From Gammaproteobacteria bacterium (GTDB lineage Bacteria; Pseudomonadota; Gammaproteobacteria; Poriferisulfidales; GCA-002705445): a stretch of 64,000 bases of DNA. This document shows, piece by piece, positions 47,997 to 59,148 of this stretch; position 1 is the stretch's first letter, and each line of letters opens with the position of its first letter. The DNA is taken from assembly GCA_018675635.1 (NCBI GenBank), contig JABGXU010000007.1, forward strand, positions 129,366 through 193,365, read 5' to 3'. The notes beneath the pieces were generated by a model, which saw only the letters and a program-made list of their open reading frames with translations, was not told the DNA's origin and made no database searches. A program made the translations under genes and the position numbers.

Positions 47997-48611
47997 TTAT
48001 TTTTTTGCGTATATCCCAACATATATCCCATTTAGCAATATAAATGTTATAGGAAGAAAGATCCCTAAGATATAAAATTTGAATTTAACCCATGTTTCCT
48101 CCGGATATGATTGTGCAACATAAAGATTTAGAAAACCACACACTATAAAAAAAATAATCCAAGAATAAGACAGTAATACCCAGCTTTTATTCTCTAAATA
48201 TATTTGGTCTTTTAGTAGTTTTTTAATCATATTTTCTTTTTCCGATAGCAAGTTAAAAATAAAAAATATAGCAAATCCCCAATAAACAATAGAAGGTTTT
48301 ATTTTAATAAATAAGGGGTTTTTAAAAAATAAAGTACTGGAGCCTGCAATTATAATAATAATTAGGGTTATATAATGGATTTTTTTAACTTTCTTAAAGT
48401 AAAAAAGAAACAAAAATTGAATTGAGTATGAAATCATTAGAATTAATGTCGCAAAATATATACCACTAGATTTTTCAGGTGATAATGCAATATTAAATAT
48501 ACTATTAATTTCATATATATAGCTTATTGGGATATCTGTATAAAAAATATACGATAGAAAAAATAATAAAACAGGAATAAAATCAATAAATGCTTTCAAA
48601 TTACGCTCCAA
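47997..48611 (-). CDS. yciB: Inner membrane protein YciB (IspZ)
   Basis: DFIPVLLFF, FIKIKPSIVY, LNLYVA, WVKFK. Confidence 0.9.
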   Translation of the reverse strand: MERNLKAFIDFIPVLLFFLSYIFYTDIPISYIYEINSIFNIALSPEKSSGIYFATLILMISYSIQFLFLFYFKKVKKIHYITLIIIIIAGSSTLFFKNPLFIKIKPSIVYWGFAIFFIFNLLSEKENMIKKLLKDQIYLENKSWVLLSYSWIIFFIVCGFLNLYVAQSYPEETWVKFKFYILGIFLPITFILLNGIYVGIYAKK

Positions 48612-48689
48612 AAATTATATAAATATGTTAAGTTAATTTCATACTAATGATATAATATTAGTAGAAATAATAATACACATAGAGAGTCT

Positions 48690-49502
48690 ATGGATACTAA
48701 AGGCAGAGAAGTTAAAGATTTAAAAAATGTCAGTGTACCTCTAGCATATGTCAAAGGCCAACCATATCTAAATATTCCAAAAGATTTATATCTTCCGCCA
48801 GATGCTCTGCATATTGCTTTAGAATCATTCGAGGGTCCGTTAGATCTATTATTATATTTAATAAGAAGTCAGAATTTTGACATTTTAGAGTTACCTGTAG
48901 CTAAAATTACTGAACAGTACATTCAATATATTGATTTAATGCAAGAATTGAAATTGGAACTAGCTGCAGAATATATGCTTATGGCTGCGACACTAGCAGA
49001 AATAAAATCAAAATTTTTATTACCAGTAATTGAGGAGGACCTAGGGGAGGAAGATGACCCAAGGGCAGAATTAATAAGAAGATTGCAAGAATATGAAAGA
49101 TATAAAAAGGCTAGTCTAAATCTTGATTTGTTACCTAGAGTAGATCGTGATTTTTATCTATCAAAAAAAGTGCCGTATACTCCTATAAAAAAAGATGACA
49201 TATATCAGAATGTAGATTTAAATCAACTTGTCATGGTGTTTCATAAGCTTATGGAGCAAACAAAATTCTTAACCCCCCATGATGTTAAAAAAGATTTTTT
49301 ATCTGTTAGAGAAAAAATGACGTTAATTATGAATGCTTTAAAAAAAGAAGAGTACATAGACTTTAAGTTATTACTAGAAACTCATGAAGGGAAGTCAGGC
49401 CTAATAGTATCTTTTTTAGCAGTTTTAGAATTAATAAAATTAAGTCTAATTGATTGTGCTCAAGCAAATCAACATTCTGCTATTTATATTAAATTAAAGT
49501 AA
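48690..49502 (+). CDS. scpA: Segregation and condensation protein A
   Basis: FEGPLDLLLYLI, AAEYMLMAATL, DPRAELIRRL, FLAVLEL. Confidence 0.96.
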   Translation: MDTKGREVKDLKNVSVPLAYVKGQPYLNIPKDLYLPPDALHIALESFEGPLDLLLYLIRSQNFDILELPVAKITEQYIQYIDLMQELKLELAAEYMLMAATLAEIKSKFLLPVIEEDLGEEDDPRAELIRRLQEYERYKKASLNLDLLPRVDRDFYLSKKVPYTPIKKDDIYQNVDLNQLVMVFHKLMEQTKFLTPHDVKKDFLSVREKMTLIMNALKKEEYIDFKLLLETHEGKSGLIVSFLAVLELIKLSLIDCAQANQHSAIYIKLK

Positions 49503-49521
49503 TAAATAAAGAGGGTAAAAT

Positions 49522-50157
49522 TTGGAAAATAATAAGATAAAGAAAATTATAGAATCTTTAATATTTTCTTCAGCAAGTCCTATAGCCATAAAAGAAATAA
49601 GAAGTTTTTTTTCCGATGAAAAAATTTCTACAAGTGTAGTTGAAAGTATTATAAAGGAACTTCAAGAGCAATATTTAACATCAGGAGTTAATCTTATAAA
49701 AGTGTCTACAGGATATAGATTTCAGGTCTCTGAAGATTGTAATGAATGGGTCTCTAAATTTTATCCAGAGAAGCCGCAAAGATATTCAAGGGCATTAATG
49801 GAGACTTTAGCATTGATTATTTATAAACAGCCTATCACCAGAACAGAAATAGAAGCTGTTAGAGGCGTTAGTGTTAGTAGTAATATTATTAAAACATTGC
49901 TTGAGAGAGAGTGGATAAAAATATTAGGCTATAAAGATGTGCCGGGAAAACCAGCGATTTTTGGCTCTACAAAAGAATTTCTTAATTCTCATAATTTAAA
50001 TTCACTAAGCCAGCTTCCAAAATTAGATGATATTATTGAATTGTCTGAGCAAGCTAAGGCCCAGCTAGGTCTTCCAGATATTAACCAAGAAGATCAAAAA
50101 AGCTTAAATATAAACCTCGAAGATGGTGATAATCTCGATAGTGAGAATATTCATTAA
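49522..50157 (+). CDS. scpB: Segregation and condensation protein B
   Basis: SRALMETLALIIYKQPITR.EIE.VRGV, PGKP. Confidence 0.96.
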   Translation: MENNKIKKIIESLIFSSASPIAIKEIRSFFSDEKISTSVVESIIKELQEQYLTSGVNLIKVSTGYRFQVSEDCNEWVSKFYPEKPQRYSRALMETLALIIYKQPITRTEIEAVRGVSVSSNIIKTLLEREWIKILGYKDVPGKPAIFGSTKEFLNSHNLNSLSQLPKLDDIIELSEQAKAQLGLPDINQEDQKSLNINLEDGDNLDSENIH

Positions 50158-50291
50158 AAAAATTAAAGTTTTTTGAATTTTTCCAAATTTTATAACCCAT
50201 TTTGGCTATTTTGGCTTGAGTAATCTGGAATATTAGAATATATTGTCGTACCATCAAGGTAATTAATAATTAAAATACAAATGGTAATAAC

Positions 50292-51443
50292 ATGAAAATA
50301 TCAATTCCAAAAGAAAATAGAGAAGGAGAAACAAGAGTTGCAGCTTCTCCAGAAGTAGTTAAAAAATTTATTGCTATGGGTTTTGATGTCACTATACAAA
50401 GTGGTGCAGGATTAAATTCAGGATTTACAGATGAAATATTTAAAGGTGCAGGCGCTAAAATAGCTGCAGACACAAAATCTACTCTAGAGAATGCAGATAT
50501 AATATTTAAAATTCAACGCTTAATGACATCAAATGATGGTATTAATGAAATTTCAATGTGTAAAAAAGATGCGATAGTAATTGCACATATGTCAGCTCTA
50601 AGCACTAAAAAAGATTCAGAAGAATATGCAAAAGCATCATTAACTACTTTTGCTATGGACTTAATGCCAAGAATTAGTAGAGCACAATCAATGGATGTTT
50701 TATCATCACAGTCTAATTTATCTGGATATCAAGCTGTAATAAAAGGTGCAAGCAATTATAATAGTGCTTTTCCAATGATGATGACAGCAGCTGGGACAGT
50801 GGCTCCAGCAAAAGTCTTTATAATGGGTGTTGGAGTTGCAGGATTACAAGCAATTGCAACAGCTAAGAGAATGGGAGCTATTGTTACAGCATATGACGTT
50901 AGAGCTGCTACTAAAGAGCAAGTTGAAAGTTTAGGTGGAAAATTTCTTATAGTAGATGAAGAAGCTATGAAAGAGGCTGAAACATCAGGTGGTTACGCAA
51001 AAGAAATGACTGAAGAATATAAGAAAAAAGAACAAGAAGTGATTAAAAATCACATTAAAGATCAAGATATCGTAATTACTACTGCTTTAATACCAGGTAG
51101 GCCTGCTCCAAAATTAGTGACAGCAGAGATGGTTAAATTAATGAGAACAGGATCAGTTGTAGTTGACTTAGCTGCAGAAATGGGCGGTAACTGTGAGTTA
51201 ACAAAAAGAAATGAAGTGGTTAATGCTAATGGCGTAAAGATCGTTGGGTTTGATAACTTACCAGGCGAGCTTCCAAAAGATGCTAGTACATTATTTGCAA
51301 AAAATTTACTTAACTTTCTTTCCCCGCATGTTAATAGTGAAACAAAAAGTTTAGAGTTAGACTGGGAAGATGAGACAGTAAAAAATACCTTAGTAACAAA
51401 AGGTGGCAGTATAGTAAGTGAAATCGTTAAAGGAGTTTCATAA
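50292..51443 (+). CDS. pntAA: NAD(P) transhydrogenase alpha, domain I
   Basis: ETRVA, PRISRAQSMDVLSSQ, GVGVAGLQAI, TTALIPG. Confidence 0.96.
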   Translation: MKISIPKENREGETRVAASPEVVKKFIAMGFDVTIQSGAGLNSGFTDEIFKGAGAKIAADTKSTLENADIIFKIQRLMTSNDGINEISMCKKDAIVIAHMSALSTKKDSEEYAKASLTTFAMDLMPRISRAQSMDVLSSQSNLSGYQAVIKGASNYNSAFPMMMTAAGTVAPAKVFIMGVGVAGLQAIATAKRMGAIVTAYDVRAATKEQVESLGGKFLIVDEEAMKEAETSGGYAKEMTEEYKKKEQEVIKNHIKDQDIVITTALIPGRPAPKLVTAEMVKLMRTGSVVVDLAAEMGGNCELTKRNEVVNANGVKIVGFDNLPGELPKDASTLFAKNLLNFLSPHVNSETKSLELDWEDETVKNTLVTKGGSIVSEIVKGVS

Positions 51444-51727
51444 TGGAATTTTTAAGTTTTTTTTCAATTTTTGTATTATCAGTATTTGTAGGGTTTTATG
51501 TTGTGTGGGGTGTAACACCAGCATTGCATTCACCATTACTTGCTGTAACAAATGCAATATCATCAGTAATCATCGTTGGTGGCCTTATTGCCGCAGTTGC
51601 TAGTACGGGCGTAGACCTATCTAGCACAATGGGATTAATCGCTGTTCTTTTAGCATCTGTAAATATATTTGGTGGTTTTATGGTTGCGCAAAGAATGTTA
51701 GCAATGTTTAAAAAGAAAAATAAATAG
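51443..51727 (+). CDS. pntAB: NAD(P) transhydrogenase alpha, membrane part
   Basis: VTPALHSPL, TNAISS, NIFGGF...RML.MF. Confidence 0.96.
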   Translation: MEFLSFFSIFVLSVFVGFYVVWGVTPALHSPLLAVTNAISSVIIVGGLIAAVASTGVDLSSTMGLIAVLLASVNIFGGFMVAQRMLAMFKKKNK

Positions 51728-51737
51728 GTAAATATAA

Positions 51738-53150
51738 ATGAATACAATAATTTTTGGTTTTGCATATCTTCTTTCAGGTGTACTTTTTATCTTAGCATTA
51801 AAAGGATTGTCATCTCCTGTGTCGGCTAGAAAAGGAAATACATACGGAATGATAGGAATGACAATAGCAGTAGTAACAACATTATTGATACATGGGTCAG
51901 GTTTAGATTTATCAAGATATACAAATTTAATTATAGCAGTTGCAATAGGTGGTACTATCGGATCTATTCTTGCTAGAAAAATTAGTATGACAGCTTTACC
52001 ACAATTGGTAGCTGCATTTCATAGTTTAGTTGGTTTAGCGGCTGTATTTGTTGCTATTGGAGCTTATAAAAACCCAGAAGCATTTTTTGCTGGTGGAATC
52101 ATAAGTACAGGCAGCATGATAGAAATGAGTTTAGGATTAGCAATTGGAGCAATAACATTTTCTGGTTCCGTTGTAGCATTTGCAAAATTACAAGGTTTGG
52201 TAAGCGGAAACCCATTAGTATTTAAAGGACAGCATTTAATTAATCTAGTTATATTTCTTGCTATTTTAGTTTTAATCTATATGGCAGCAATGGATATTAA
52301 AACTGAGCAATATTTTTGGGCAATTGTAGGCCTATCATTTCTTATAGGCTTTCTAGTAGTTCTTCCAATTGGTGGAGCAGATATGCCAGTAGTAGTATCT
52401 ATGCTTAACTCGTATTCAGGTTGGGCAGCATGCGGTATTGGATTTACTTTGCAAAATACAGCATTGATTATTACTGGAGCTTTAGTAGGTTCATCTGGAG
52501 CAATATTAAGTTACATAATGTGTAAAGGCATGAATAGATCAATTGTGAGCGTTTTACTGGGTGGGTTTGGTGGTGATGCGGCGGATCCAGCAATGGCATC
52601 TGGAAGTGCGCAACAAGGTACCGTTAAACGAGGTAGTGCTGATGATGCATCATTTATCATGAGTAATGCTCAAAAAGTTATTATAGTTCCAGGATACGGA
52701 ATGGCAGTTGCACAAGCTCAACATGCTTTAAGAGAAATGTGTGACATTCTTAAAGAAAAAGGTGTTGAGGTAAGGTATGCAATTCATCCGGTAGCAGGAA
52801 GAATGCCAGGACATATGAATGTTTTATTAGCGGAAGCAAATGTTCCCTATGACGAAGTATTTGAGTTAGAAGCAATTAATCACGAGTTTGCTACAGCAGA
52901 CGTAGCTTTTGTAATCGGTGCTAATGATGTTACTAACCCTCTTGCAAAAACTGACCCAACAAGTCCTATTTATGGAATGCCTATATTAGATGTAGAAAAA
53001 GCTGCGACAACATTATTCATTAAAAGATCATTAGCGACAGGTTATGCTGGTGTTGATAATGATCTATTTTTCAGAGATAAGACTATGATGTTATTAGGCG
53101 ATGCAAAAAAAATGACAGAAGAAATAGTGCAGGCTCTAAATTTAAACTAA
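51738..53150 (+). CDS. pntB: NAD(P) transhydrogenase beta
   Basis: PIGGADMPVV, VPGYGMAVAQAQH, HPVAGRMPGHMN, GANDV. Confidence 0.98.
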   Translation: MNTIIFGFAYLLSGVLFILALKGLSSPVSARKGNTYGMIGMTIAVVTTLLIHGSGLDLSRYTNLIIAVAIGGTIGSILARKISMTALPQLVAAFHSLVGLAAVFVAIGAYKNPEAFFAGGIISTGSMIEMSLGLAIGAITFSGSVVAFAKLQGLVSGNPLVFKGQHLINLVIFLAILVLIYMAAMDIKTEQYFWAIVGLSFLIGFLVVLPIGGADMPVVVSMLNSYSGWAACGIGFTLQNTALIITGALVGSSGAILSYIMCKGMNRSIVSVLLGGFGGDAADPAMASGSAQQGTVKRGSADDASFIMSNAQKVIIVPGYGMAVAQAQHALREMCDILKEKGVEVRYAIHPVAGRMPGHMNVLLAEANVPYDEVFELEAINHEFATADVAFVIGANDVTNPLAKTDPTSPIYGMPILDVEKAATTLFIKRSLATGYAGVDNDLFFRDKTMMLLGDAKKMTEEIVQALNLN

Positions 53151-53806
53151 ACTATTAAATTTTTTAAATCTAATGGGGTTTTGATTATATAATCACTACT
53201 CCATTTTTTTATTTCATTTAAGTCATCAATAAAACCATAAGAAGCAATAACTGAAAACATTCCTGCAGCATTAGCAGCAACAATATCTCTAATATCATCA
53301 CCAATATAAGCACAGTAAATAGGATTACAATTTAATAATTTGGCCGCATACAATAAAGGTTCTGGATTAGGTTTTTTAACATTTAATGTATCTCCAGAAA
53401 CTACACAATAAGGTTTATGTTTAAGATTTAATAAATTAATTATGGGGTTAACTAAGAATCCAGGTTTATTAGTAACTATTCCCCACTTATAATTATTACT
53501 AATAATAAAATTCATAATTTCTTCAATGCCTTCATAAATATGAGTTTCATAAAAAATATTCATTTTATATATATCTAAATATTCTTTAATAAATTCATTT
53601 CTAGCTTTTGGGTCAAGGTCAGGACATGCAAAATCAATTAAACCGCCAGAACCTTTTGAAATAATATTTTTAGCTAAATCCAAATTAACTTTTTTAAGAG
53701 AATGATTTTCTAATAATATGTTTAAACAATTTATCATATCTGAAGATGTATTAGCAAAAGTACCGTCAAAATCAAATAAAAAAGCATCAATTTTTCTATT
53801 AATCAT
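53147..53806 (-). CDS. HAD-IA phosphatase (Gph/MupP-like)
   Basis: FDFDGT, VTNKP, KPNPEP, IGDD.RD; follows ubiG. Confidence 0.9.
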   Translation of the reverse strand: MINRKIDAFLFDFDGTFANTSSDMINCLNILLENHSLKKVNLDLAKNIISKGSGGLIDFACPDLDPKARNEFIKEYLDIYKMNIFYETHIYEGIEEIMNFIISNNYKWGIVTNKPGFLVNPIINLLNLKHKPYCVVSGDTLNVKKPNPEPLLYAAKLLNCNPIYCAYIGDDIRDIVAANAAGMFSVIASYGFIDDLNEIKKWSSDYIIKTPLDLKNLIV

Positions 53807-54497
53807 AATTTTTTCTACAGTGTAATATATAGTTTACTTTTGGGTTATTAGATTCATAGAATTTTTTAGCTAGGATATTATAATTAATACCTTTTATATT
53901 TTTAATAACAAGTGAATTTTTTCTCAGTATATTAAAAAATTCAGATGGTTTTATAAAATTTTTATAATTATGTGTTCCTTTAGGCAGAATATTTAAAATA
54001 TACTCAGCACCGATAATGGAAATTAAATACGAGATTAGATTTCTATTTAATGTTGAAAAAAATAAATCAGATTTTTTGTTTGTTATATTTATACAATCTT
54101 TTATGAGCTTTTCAGGATCAGGAACATGCTCTATAAGTTCTAAACATGTCAGAACGTCATATCTTTTTTTTGTTTTTTTTATTAAATTTTCTAGGCTAAT
54201 CTTTTGATAATCTATATTTAAATCTTTTAGTGATTGATGTGTTTTTGCTATTTCTATAGCATCTTCTGATAAATCTATTCCGGTTATATCTGTATCTTTT
54301 GAAGCAAGATTTTCACACAAAAGTCCACCGCCACAACCAACATCAATTAGCGATTTATTTTTTAAATTTATTTGATTTTTAATAAAATTAGTCCTAATGG
54401 GATTTAACATATGAAGCGGTTTAAACGGGCCTTCAGGATCCCACCAACTGTAAGAAATATCATTAAATTTTTGAACTTCTTTTTCGTCTACATTCAT
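53799..54497 (-). CDS. ubiG: Ubiquinone biosynthesis O-methyltransferase
   Basis: WWDPEGPFKPLH..NP.R, DVGCGGGL, EHVPDP, PKGTH. Confidence 0.97.
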   Translation of the reverse strand: MNVDEKEVQKFNDISYSWWDPEGPFKPLHMLNPIRTNFIKNQINLKNKSLIDVGCGGGLLCENLASKDTDITGIDLSEDAIEIAKTHQSLKDLNIDYQKISLENLIKKTKKRYDVLTCLELIEHVPDPEKLIKDCINITNKKSDLFFSTLNRNLISYLISIIGAEYILNILPKGTHNYKNFIKPSEFFNILRKNSLVIKNIKGINYNILAKKFYESNNPKVNYILHCRKNYD

Positions 54498-54636
54498 ATT
54501 TAATATATTATAATATTTGCACTAAATAAGCATTATATGTCACTTATATTCGCTAATTTTTGTTGTTAATCTAGTGAAAAAAACCTACTCATGGTAGAAT
54601 ATAAGTCATTCCAATAAGTAAATTTATAGAGTCACA

Positions 54637-57180
54637 ATGGTAGATTTTGCAAAAAATTTAGAAACCGTTTCTATTGAAGATGAGACAAAACAAGCTTATC
54701 TAGAATATGCTATGAGTGTAATTATTGGAAGGGCTTTACCAGATATTCGAGATGGCTTGAAGCCAGTTCATCGCAGGGTTCTTTATGCTATGGAAGCGAT
54801 GGGAAATTATTCAAATAAACCATATAAAAAATCAGCTCGTGTTGTTGGTGACGTTATAGGTAAGTATCATCCTCATGGGGATACTGCTGCATACGATACA
54901 ATTGTACGAATGGCACAGAATTTCTCAATGCGTTATGTTCTTGTAGATGGGCAAGGAAACTTTGGGTCTATTGATGGTGATTCTCCAGCGGCAATGAGAT
55001 ATACAGAAGTACGCATGGCCAAGATTGCACATGAAATATTATCTGATTTAGATAAAGAGACGGTTGACTTCAGGCCTAATTATGATGAAACAGAAATTGA
55101 GCCAGTAGTTCTTCCAACAAGAATTCCCAATCTTCTAGTTAATGGGTCTTCAGGTATTGCTGTAGGTATGGCTACAAATATACCACCGCACAACTTAACA
55201 GAAGTAATTGATGCTGCAATACAACTAAGTAAGAAACCAGACATGACTATTAATGATTTAATGGAATATATACCTGGCCCAGATTTTCCAACAGCTGGAA
55301 TAATAACAACAGATAAGAACGAAGTTAATGGAATTGAATCTGCATATAATAGTGGTAAAGGCAGAGTAATAATGCAAGCCATGACAAATATTGAGATAGA
55401 TAAAAAAACTTCACGTGAAAAAATAATTATTACTGAATTACCCTATCAAGTTAATAAGGCTAGATTAATTGAAAAAATTGCTGAATTAGTGAGAGATAAA
55501 AAATTAGAAGGAATATCTGAGTTAAGAGATGAGTCTGACAAAGATGGAATGAGAGTTGTAATAGAGCTAAAAAAATCAGAGATTTCTGGAGTGTTATTAA
55601 ATAATTTATTTCAACAAACTCAAATGAGAACATCATTTAGTATAAATATGGTTGCTTTAATAGATGGAAAACCAAGAACTGTAAATTTAAAAGAGATACT
55701 GGCGGCCTTTATAGACCATAGAAAAGTTATAGTTACGCGAAGAACTATTTATGAATTAAAAAAAGCTAGAGAAAAAGCACACATATTAGAAGGTTTGGCG
55801 GTAGCATTATCTAACATCGACAAAATAATAAAACTTATCAAGGAGTCAAAAAATTCACAAGAAGCTAAAAATAAACTTTTATCTACAAAATGGGAAGCAG
55901 GACTAATATTAAAAATGCTTGATAATATTAATGGGTCTTTAACAAAACCTGAAAATTTAAGTCAAGACCTTGGTTTAAAAAAAGACAAATATCTTTTGTC
56001 TGACAATCAAGCTCAGGCTATTTTAGAAATGAAATTAAGTAGGTTAACAGCATTAGAGCAAGATAAAATATTTTTAGATTATAAAGACCTTGTAGATGCA
56101 ATAAAAAAATATCAGCTTATTTTAAATGATAAAAATATTTTAATGAAATTGATAAGAACAGAGTTAGAAGAAGTGAAAAACACTTATGGAGACGAAAGAA
56201 AAACGCAATTTCAAAAACTCGTTAATTTTTCTAAAGAAGATTTAACGAAAGAAGAAGATTTAGTTGTTACTCTCTCACATGCTGGATATGTTAAAGCTCA
56301 GCCTGTAGATATATATAAATCACAAAGAAGAGGTGGTAAAGGAAAAACTGCCACAACAGTAAAAGATGAAGATTTTATTGAGAAATTATTTGTAGCTAAT
56401 TCTCATGATACAATTTTATGTTTTTCAAGTCTTGGAAAAGTCTATTGGTTAAGAGTTTACGATGTTCCTCAGTCAGGAAGATCTGCTAAAGGCAAACCAA
56501 TTATAAATTTATTACCTTTGCAGCAGTATGAAATAATAACGGCGATTCAAAAAATTGATACCTATGATGATGATTTATTTGTTTTTATGGCTACCAGTAG
56601 AGGCATAGTTAAGAAAACTAAACTTGTGAATTTTTCAAGACCAAGAAGTTCAGGAATATTGGCTATAAATTTAAAAGATGGAGATAATTTGATAGAAGCA
56701 AGCATAACTAATGGAAAAAAAGAGATCATGCTTTTCTCTAGCGCAGGAAAAACTATTAGGTTTAATGAAGCTGATGTAAAATCAGTTGGTAGAACAGCTG
56801 CCGGTGTTAAAGGTATTTCTATAACGAAAGATTATTCTGTAATAAGTATGATTACTAGTGAAACAAATGATACTGATGATATTCTTATAGCTACAGAAAA
56901 TGGATACGGGAAAAGGACTAAAATTAATGCATTTTCTCCACAGAAGAGAGGTGGAAAAGGTGTTATTGCCGTTAAAACTTCTGAACGTAACGGTCAAGTA
57001 ACTGGAGCTTTAAAAGTTAAGAAAAATGATGATTTAATGCTTATTACAAATCATGGTACCTTAGTAAGGACTACGATAAAGTCTATTTCTCAATTAGGAA
57101 GAAATACGCAAGGAGTGAGATTAATAAAGTTGAGTAAGGGTGAAAAATTGTCCCAACTTGAAAAAGTAGAAGAAACATAA
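54637..57180 (+). CDS. gyrA: DNA gyrase subunit A
   Basis: [23 protein letters not shown], GyrA-box QRRGGKG. Confidence 0.99.
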   Translation: MVDFAKNLETVSIEDETKQAYLEYAMSVIIGRALPDIRDGLKPVHRRVLYAMEAMGNYSNKPYKKSARVVGDVIGKYHPHGDTAAYDTIVRMAQNFSMRYVLVDGQGNFGSIDGDSPAAMRYTEVRMAKIAHEILSDLDKETVDFRPNYDETEIEPVVLPTRIPNLLVNGSSGIAVGMATNIPPHNLTEVIDAAIQLSKKPDMTINDLMEYIPGPDFPTAGIITTDKNEVNGIESAYNSGKGRVIMQAMTNIEIDKKTSREKIIITELPYQVNKARLIEKIAELVRDKKLEGISELRDESDKDGMRVVIELKKSEISGVLLNNLFQQTQMRTSFSINMVALIDGKPRTVNLKEILAAFIDHRKVIVTRRTIYELKKAREKAHILEGLAVALSNIDKIIKLIKESKNSQEAKNKLLSTKWEAGLILKMLDNINGSLTKPENLSQDLGLKKDKYLLSDNQAQAILEMKLSRLTALEQDKIFLDYKDLVDAIKKYQLILNDKNILMKLIRTELEEVKNTYGDERKTQFQKLVNFSKEDLTKEEDLVVTLSHAGYVKAQPVDIYKSQRRGGKGKTATTVKDEDFIEKLFVANSHDTILCFSSLGKVYWLRVYDVPQSGRSAKGKPIINLLPLQQYEIITAIQKIDTYDDDLFVFMATSRGIVKKTKLVNFSRPRSSGILAINLKDGDNLIEASITNGKKEIMLFSSAGKTIRFNEADVKSVGRTAAGVKGISITKDYSVISMITSETNDTDDILIATENGYGKRTKINAFSPQKRGGKGVIAVKTSERNGQVTGALKVKKNDDLMLITNHGTLVRTTIKSISQLGRNTQGVRLIKLSKGEKLSQLEKVEET

Positions 57181-57190
57181 GTGTATTTAT

Positions 57191-58273
57191 ATGAGTAAAG
57201 ATATTAAAAAAATTAGAGATAAAATAGATTCGTTAGATAATAAAATATTAGAGTTATTAAATGATAGGGCAGGACTAGCTGTAAATATATCTAAAGAAAA
57301 ACAAAAGTCTAAAGATATTGATAACTTTTATAACCCAGAACGTGAAGCCCAAGTTATTAGTCGAATTAAAGAATTAAATCAAGGACCATTGTCAGACGAG
57401 GGTATATTAAAGATATATAGAGAATTAATGTCCGCATGTTTGTCCCTTGAAGCACCTTTAAAAGTTTCATATTTAGGCCCGGAAGGTACATACACACACC
57501 TAGCTACACAAAACCATTTCGGAGCATCAGTTATATCAATGTCTTATTCTTCTGTTGAGGATGTTTTTATGTCTGTTGAAAAAAGAGATTCACATTATGG
57601 TGTTGTACCTGTTGAAAATTCAACACAGGGCATAGTTTCGTCTACGTTAGATATGTTTATGAAATCATCTCTTAGGATTTCTGGTGAGATTGAAACATCC
57701 ATAAAACATAATGTTTTATCAAAATCTAATAGTTTAGAAAGCATAAAAAAAATATATGCACATCCTCAGTCTTTTGCTCAGTGTAAGCAATGGCTGGAAA
57801 AAAATTACCCAAAGATAGAAAAGGTTAATGTGCTCAGTAATGCTGAGGCAGCTTTAATTGCTTCTAGGGAAAAAAATTCTGCAGCTATAGCCAGTATAGT
57901 TGCTGCAGATATTTATAAATTAAATGTCCTAAATAAAAATATTGAAGACAATCATAATAATTCAACTAGATTTTTAGTAATAGGAGAAAGGGATACTAAT
58001 CCATCTGGAAATGATAAAACAAGCATAATAGTTTCAACTAAAAATGATTCTGGAGCTTTGTATGGTTTATTAGAGCCATTATCAAAATACAAAGTGAGTA
58101 TGACAAGAATAGAGTCAAGACCTTCAAAACATAATAACTGGGAGTATATTTTTTTCTTAGATTTAGATGGGCATATAAAGGATGAATCATTGAAAAAAGC
58201 TAATGAAGAAATTAAAAAGGAAGCGAGTTTATATAGATTTTTAGGTTCGTATCCAGCAGCCATAAGCAAATAA
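57191..58273 (+). CDS. pheA: Chorismate mutase/prephenate dehydratase
   Basis: CM domain, YLGPEGT, VPVENST, NSTRF, TRIESRP. Confidence 0.96.
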   Translation: MSKDIKKIRDKIDSLDNKILELLNDRAGLAVNISKEKQKSKDIDNFYNPEREAQVISRIKELNQGPLSDEGILKIYRELMSACLSLEAPLKVSYLGPEGTYTHLATQNHFGASVISMSYSSVEDVFMSVEKRDSHYGVVPVENSTQGIVSSTLDMFMKSSLRISGEIETSIKHNVLSKSNSLESIKKIYAHPQSFAQCKQWLEKNYPKIEKVNVLSNAEAALIASREKNSAAIASIVAADIYKLNVLNKNIEDNHNNSTRFLVIGERDTNPSGNDKTSIIVSTKNDSGALYGLLEPLSKYKVSMTRIESRPSKHNNWEYIFFLDLDGHIKDESLKKANEEIKKEASLYRFLGSYPAAISK

Positions 58274-58274
58274 A

Positions 58275-59141
58275 ATGCCAAAGAATATAAATAGTAAAAA
58301 TAATAATATTTTAGTTATAGGCTTAGGATTAATAGGTTCTTCACTTTGTAGAGCATTAAAAAACAGTTCTTATTCTGAAAAAATATGCGGATACGACCAT
58401 GATAAAGAAGTTATGGAATATGCTGTTGAACATAATTTTGTTGATGAAAGTATAAAAGATCTTAAAAGTGGTATTAAAGAAGCTGATTTAGTTATTATAT
58501 GCGTTCCTGTTCATCAAGTTAAAAAAATATTAGATATATCTAAAGATTTCTTTAACACGAAAAAAGTTTTTACGGATACATTAAGCGTAAAAAATCCTAT
58601 TTTAGATTTTTTAGCTAAAAATAATTTATCTAATATAGATAATTTAATATTTTCCCATCCAATGGCTGGTACAGAGCATTCTGGTATTATAAATTCTAAG
58701 GAGGACTTGTTTTTAAATGCAACAACAATAATAAATCCATTATGTAATTCTAGTTTAGAATGCATTAATATCGTTACAGAACTTTGGAAGGCAATTAATT
58801 GCAATATAGTAGAGTTTGATGCTTCTAATCATGACAGTCTTTTGGCAGCTATAAGTCATGCGCCACATTTTATTTCATTTGTATTATCTAAAAAAATGAA
58901 TGATTTAGAATTTTCCGATATTGATTTTTTGCCAACAAAAACACCAAGTCTTTTAGATATGACTAGAATTGCTAATAGTGATCCTGAAGCTTGGGCAAGT
59001 ATTTTTTTAGAAAATGAAAATGCATTATGCAATTTTATTGATGAATATATAAAAGAATTAAGTGAATTAAAGTACAAAATTAAATCAAATAATTTTGATG
59101 ATATTTTTTCGTATTTAAAAAAATCAAAACCTATTAAATAG
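58275..59141 (+). CDS. tyrA: Prephenate/arogenate dehydrogenase
   Basis: GLGLIGSS, SVK, HPMAGTE, SHAPH, DMTRIA. Confidence 0.92.
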   Translation: MPKNINSKNNNILVIGLGLIGSSLCRALKNSSYSEKICGYDHDKEVMEYAVEHNFVDESIKDLKSGIKEADLVIICVPVHQVKKILDISKDFFNTKKVFTDTLSVKNPILDFLAKNNLSNIDNLIFSHPMAGTEHSGIINSKEDLFLNATTIINPLCNSSLECINIVTELWKAINCNIVEFDASNHDSLLAAISHAPHFISFVLSKKMNDLEFSDIDFLPTKTPSLLDMTRIANSDPEAWASIFLENENALCNFIDEYIKELSELKYKIKSNNFDDIFSYLKKSKPIK

Positions 59142-59148
59142 TTTACTT

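Noticed and set aside
50292..51727. Split pntA as a frameshifted pseudogene
   Set aside because: The pntAA-pntAB-pntB arrangement is a normal known architecture and both parts are intact.
54860..54900. GyrA QRDR Thr at the Ser83-equivalent position as a resistance allele
   Set aside because: Thr is wild type in many Gammaproteobacteria and the Asp87 equivalent is intact.
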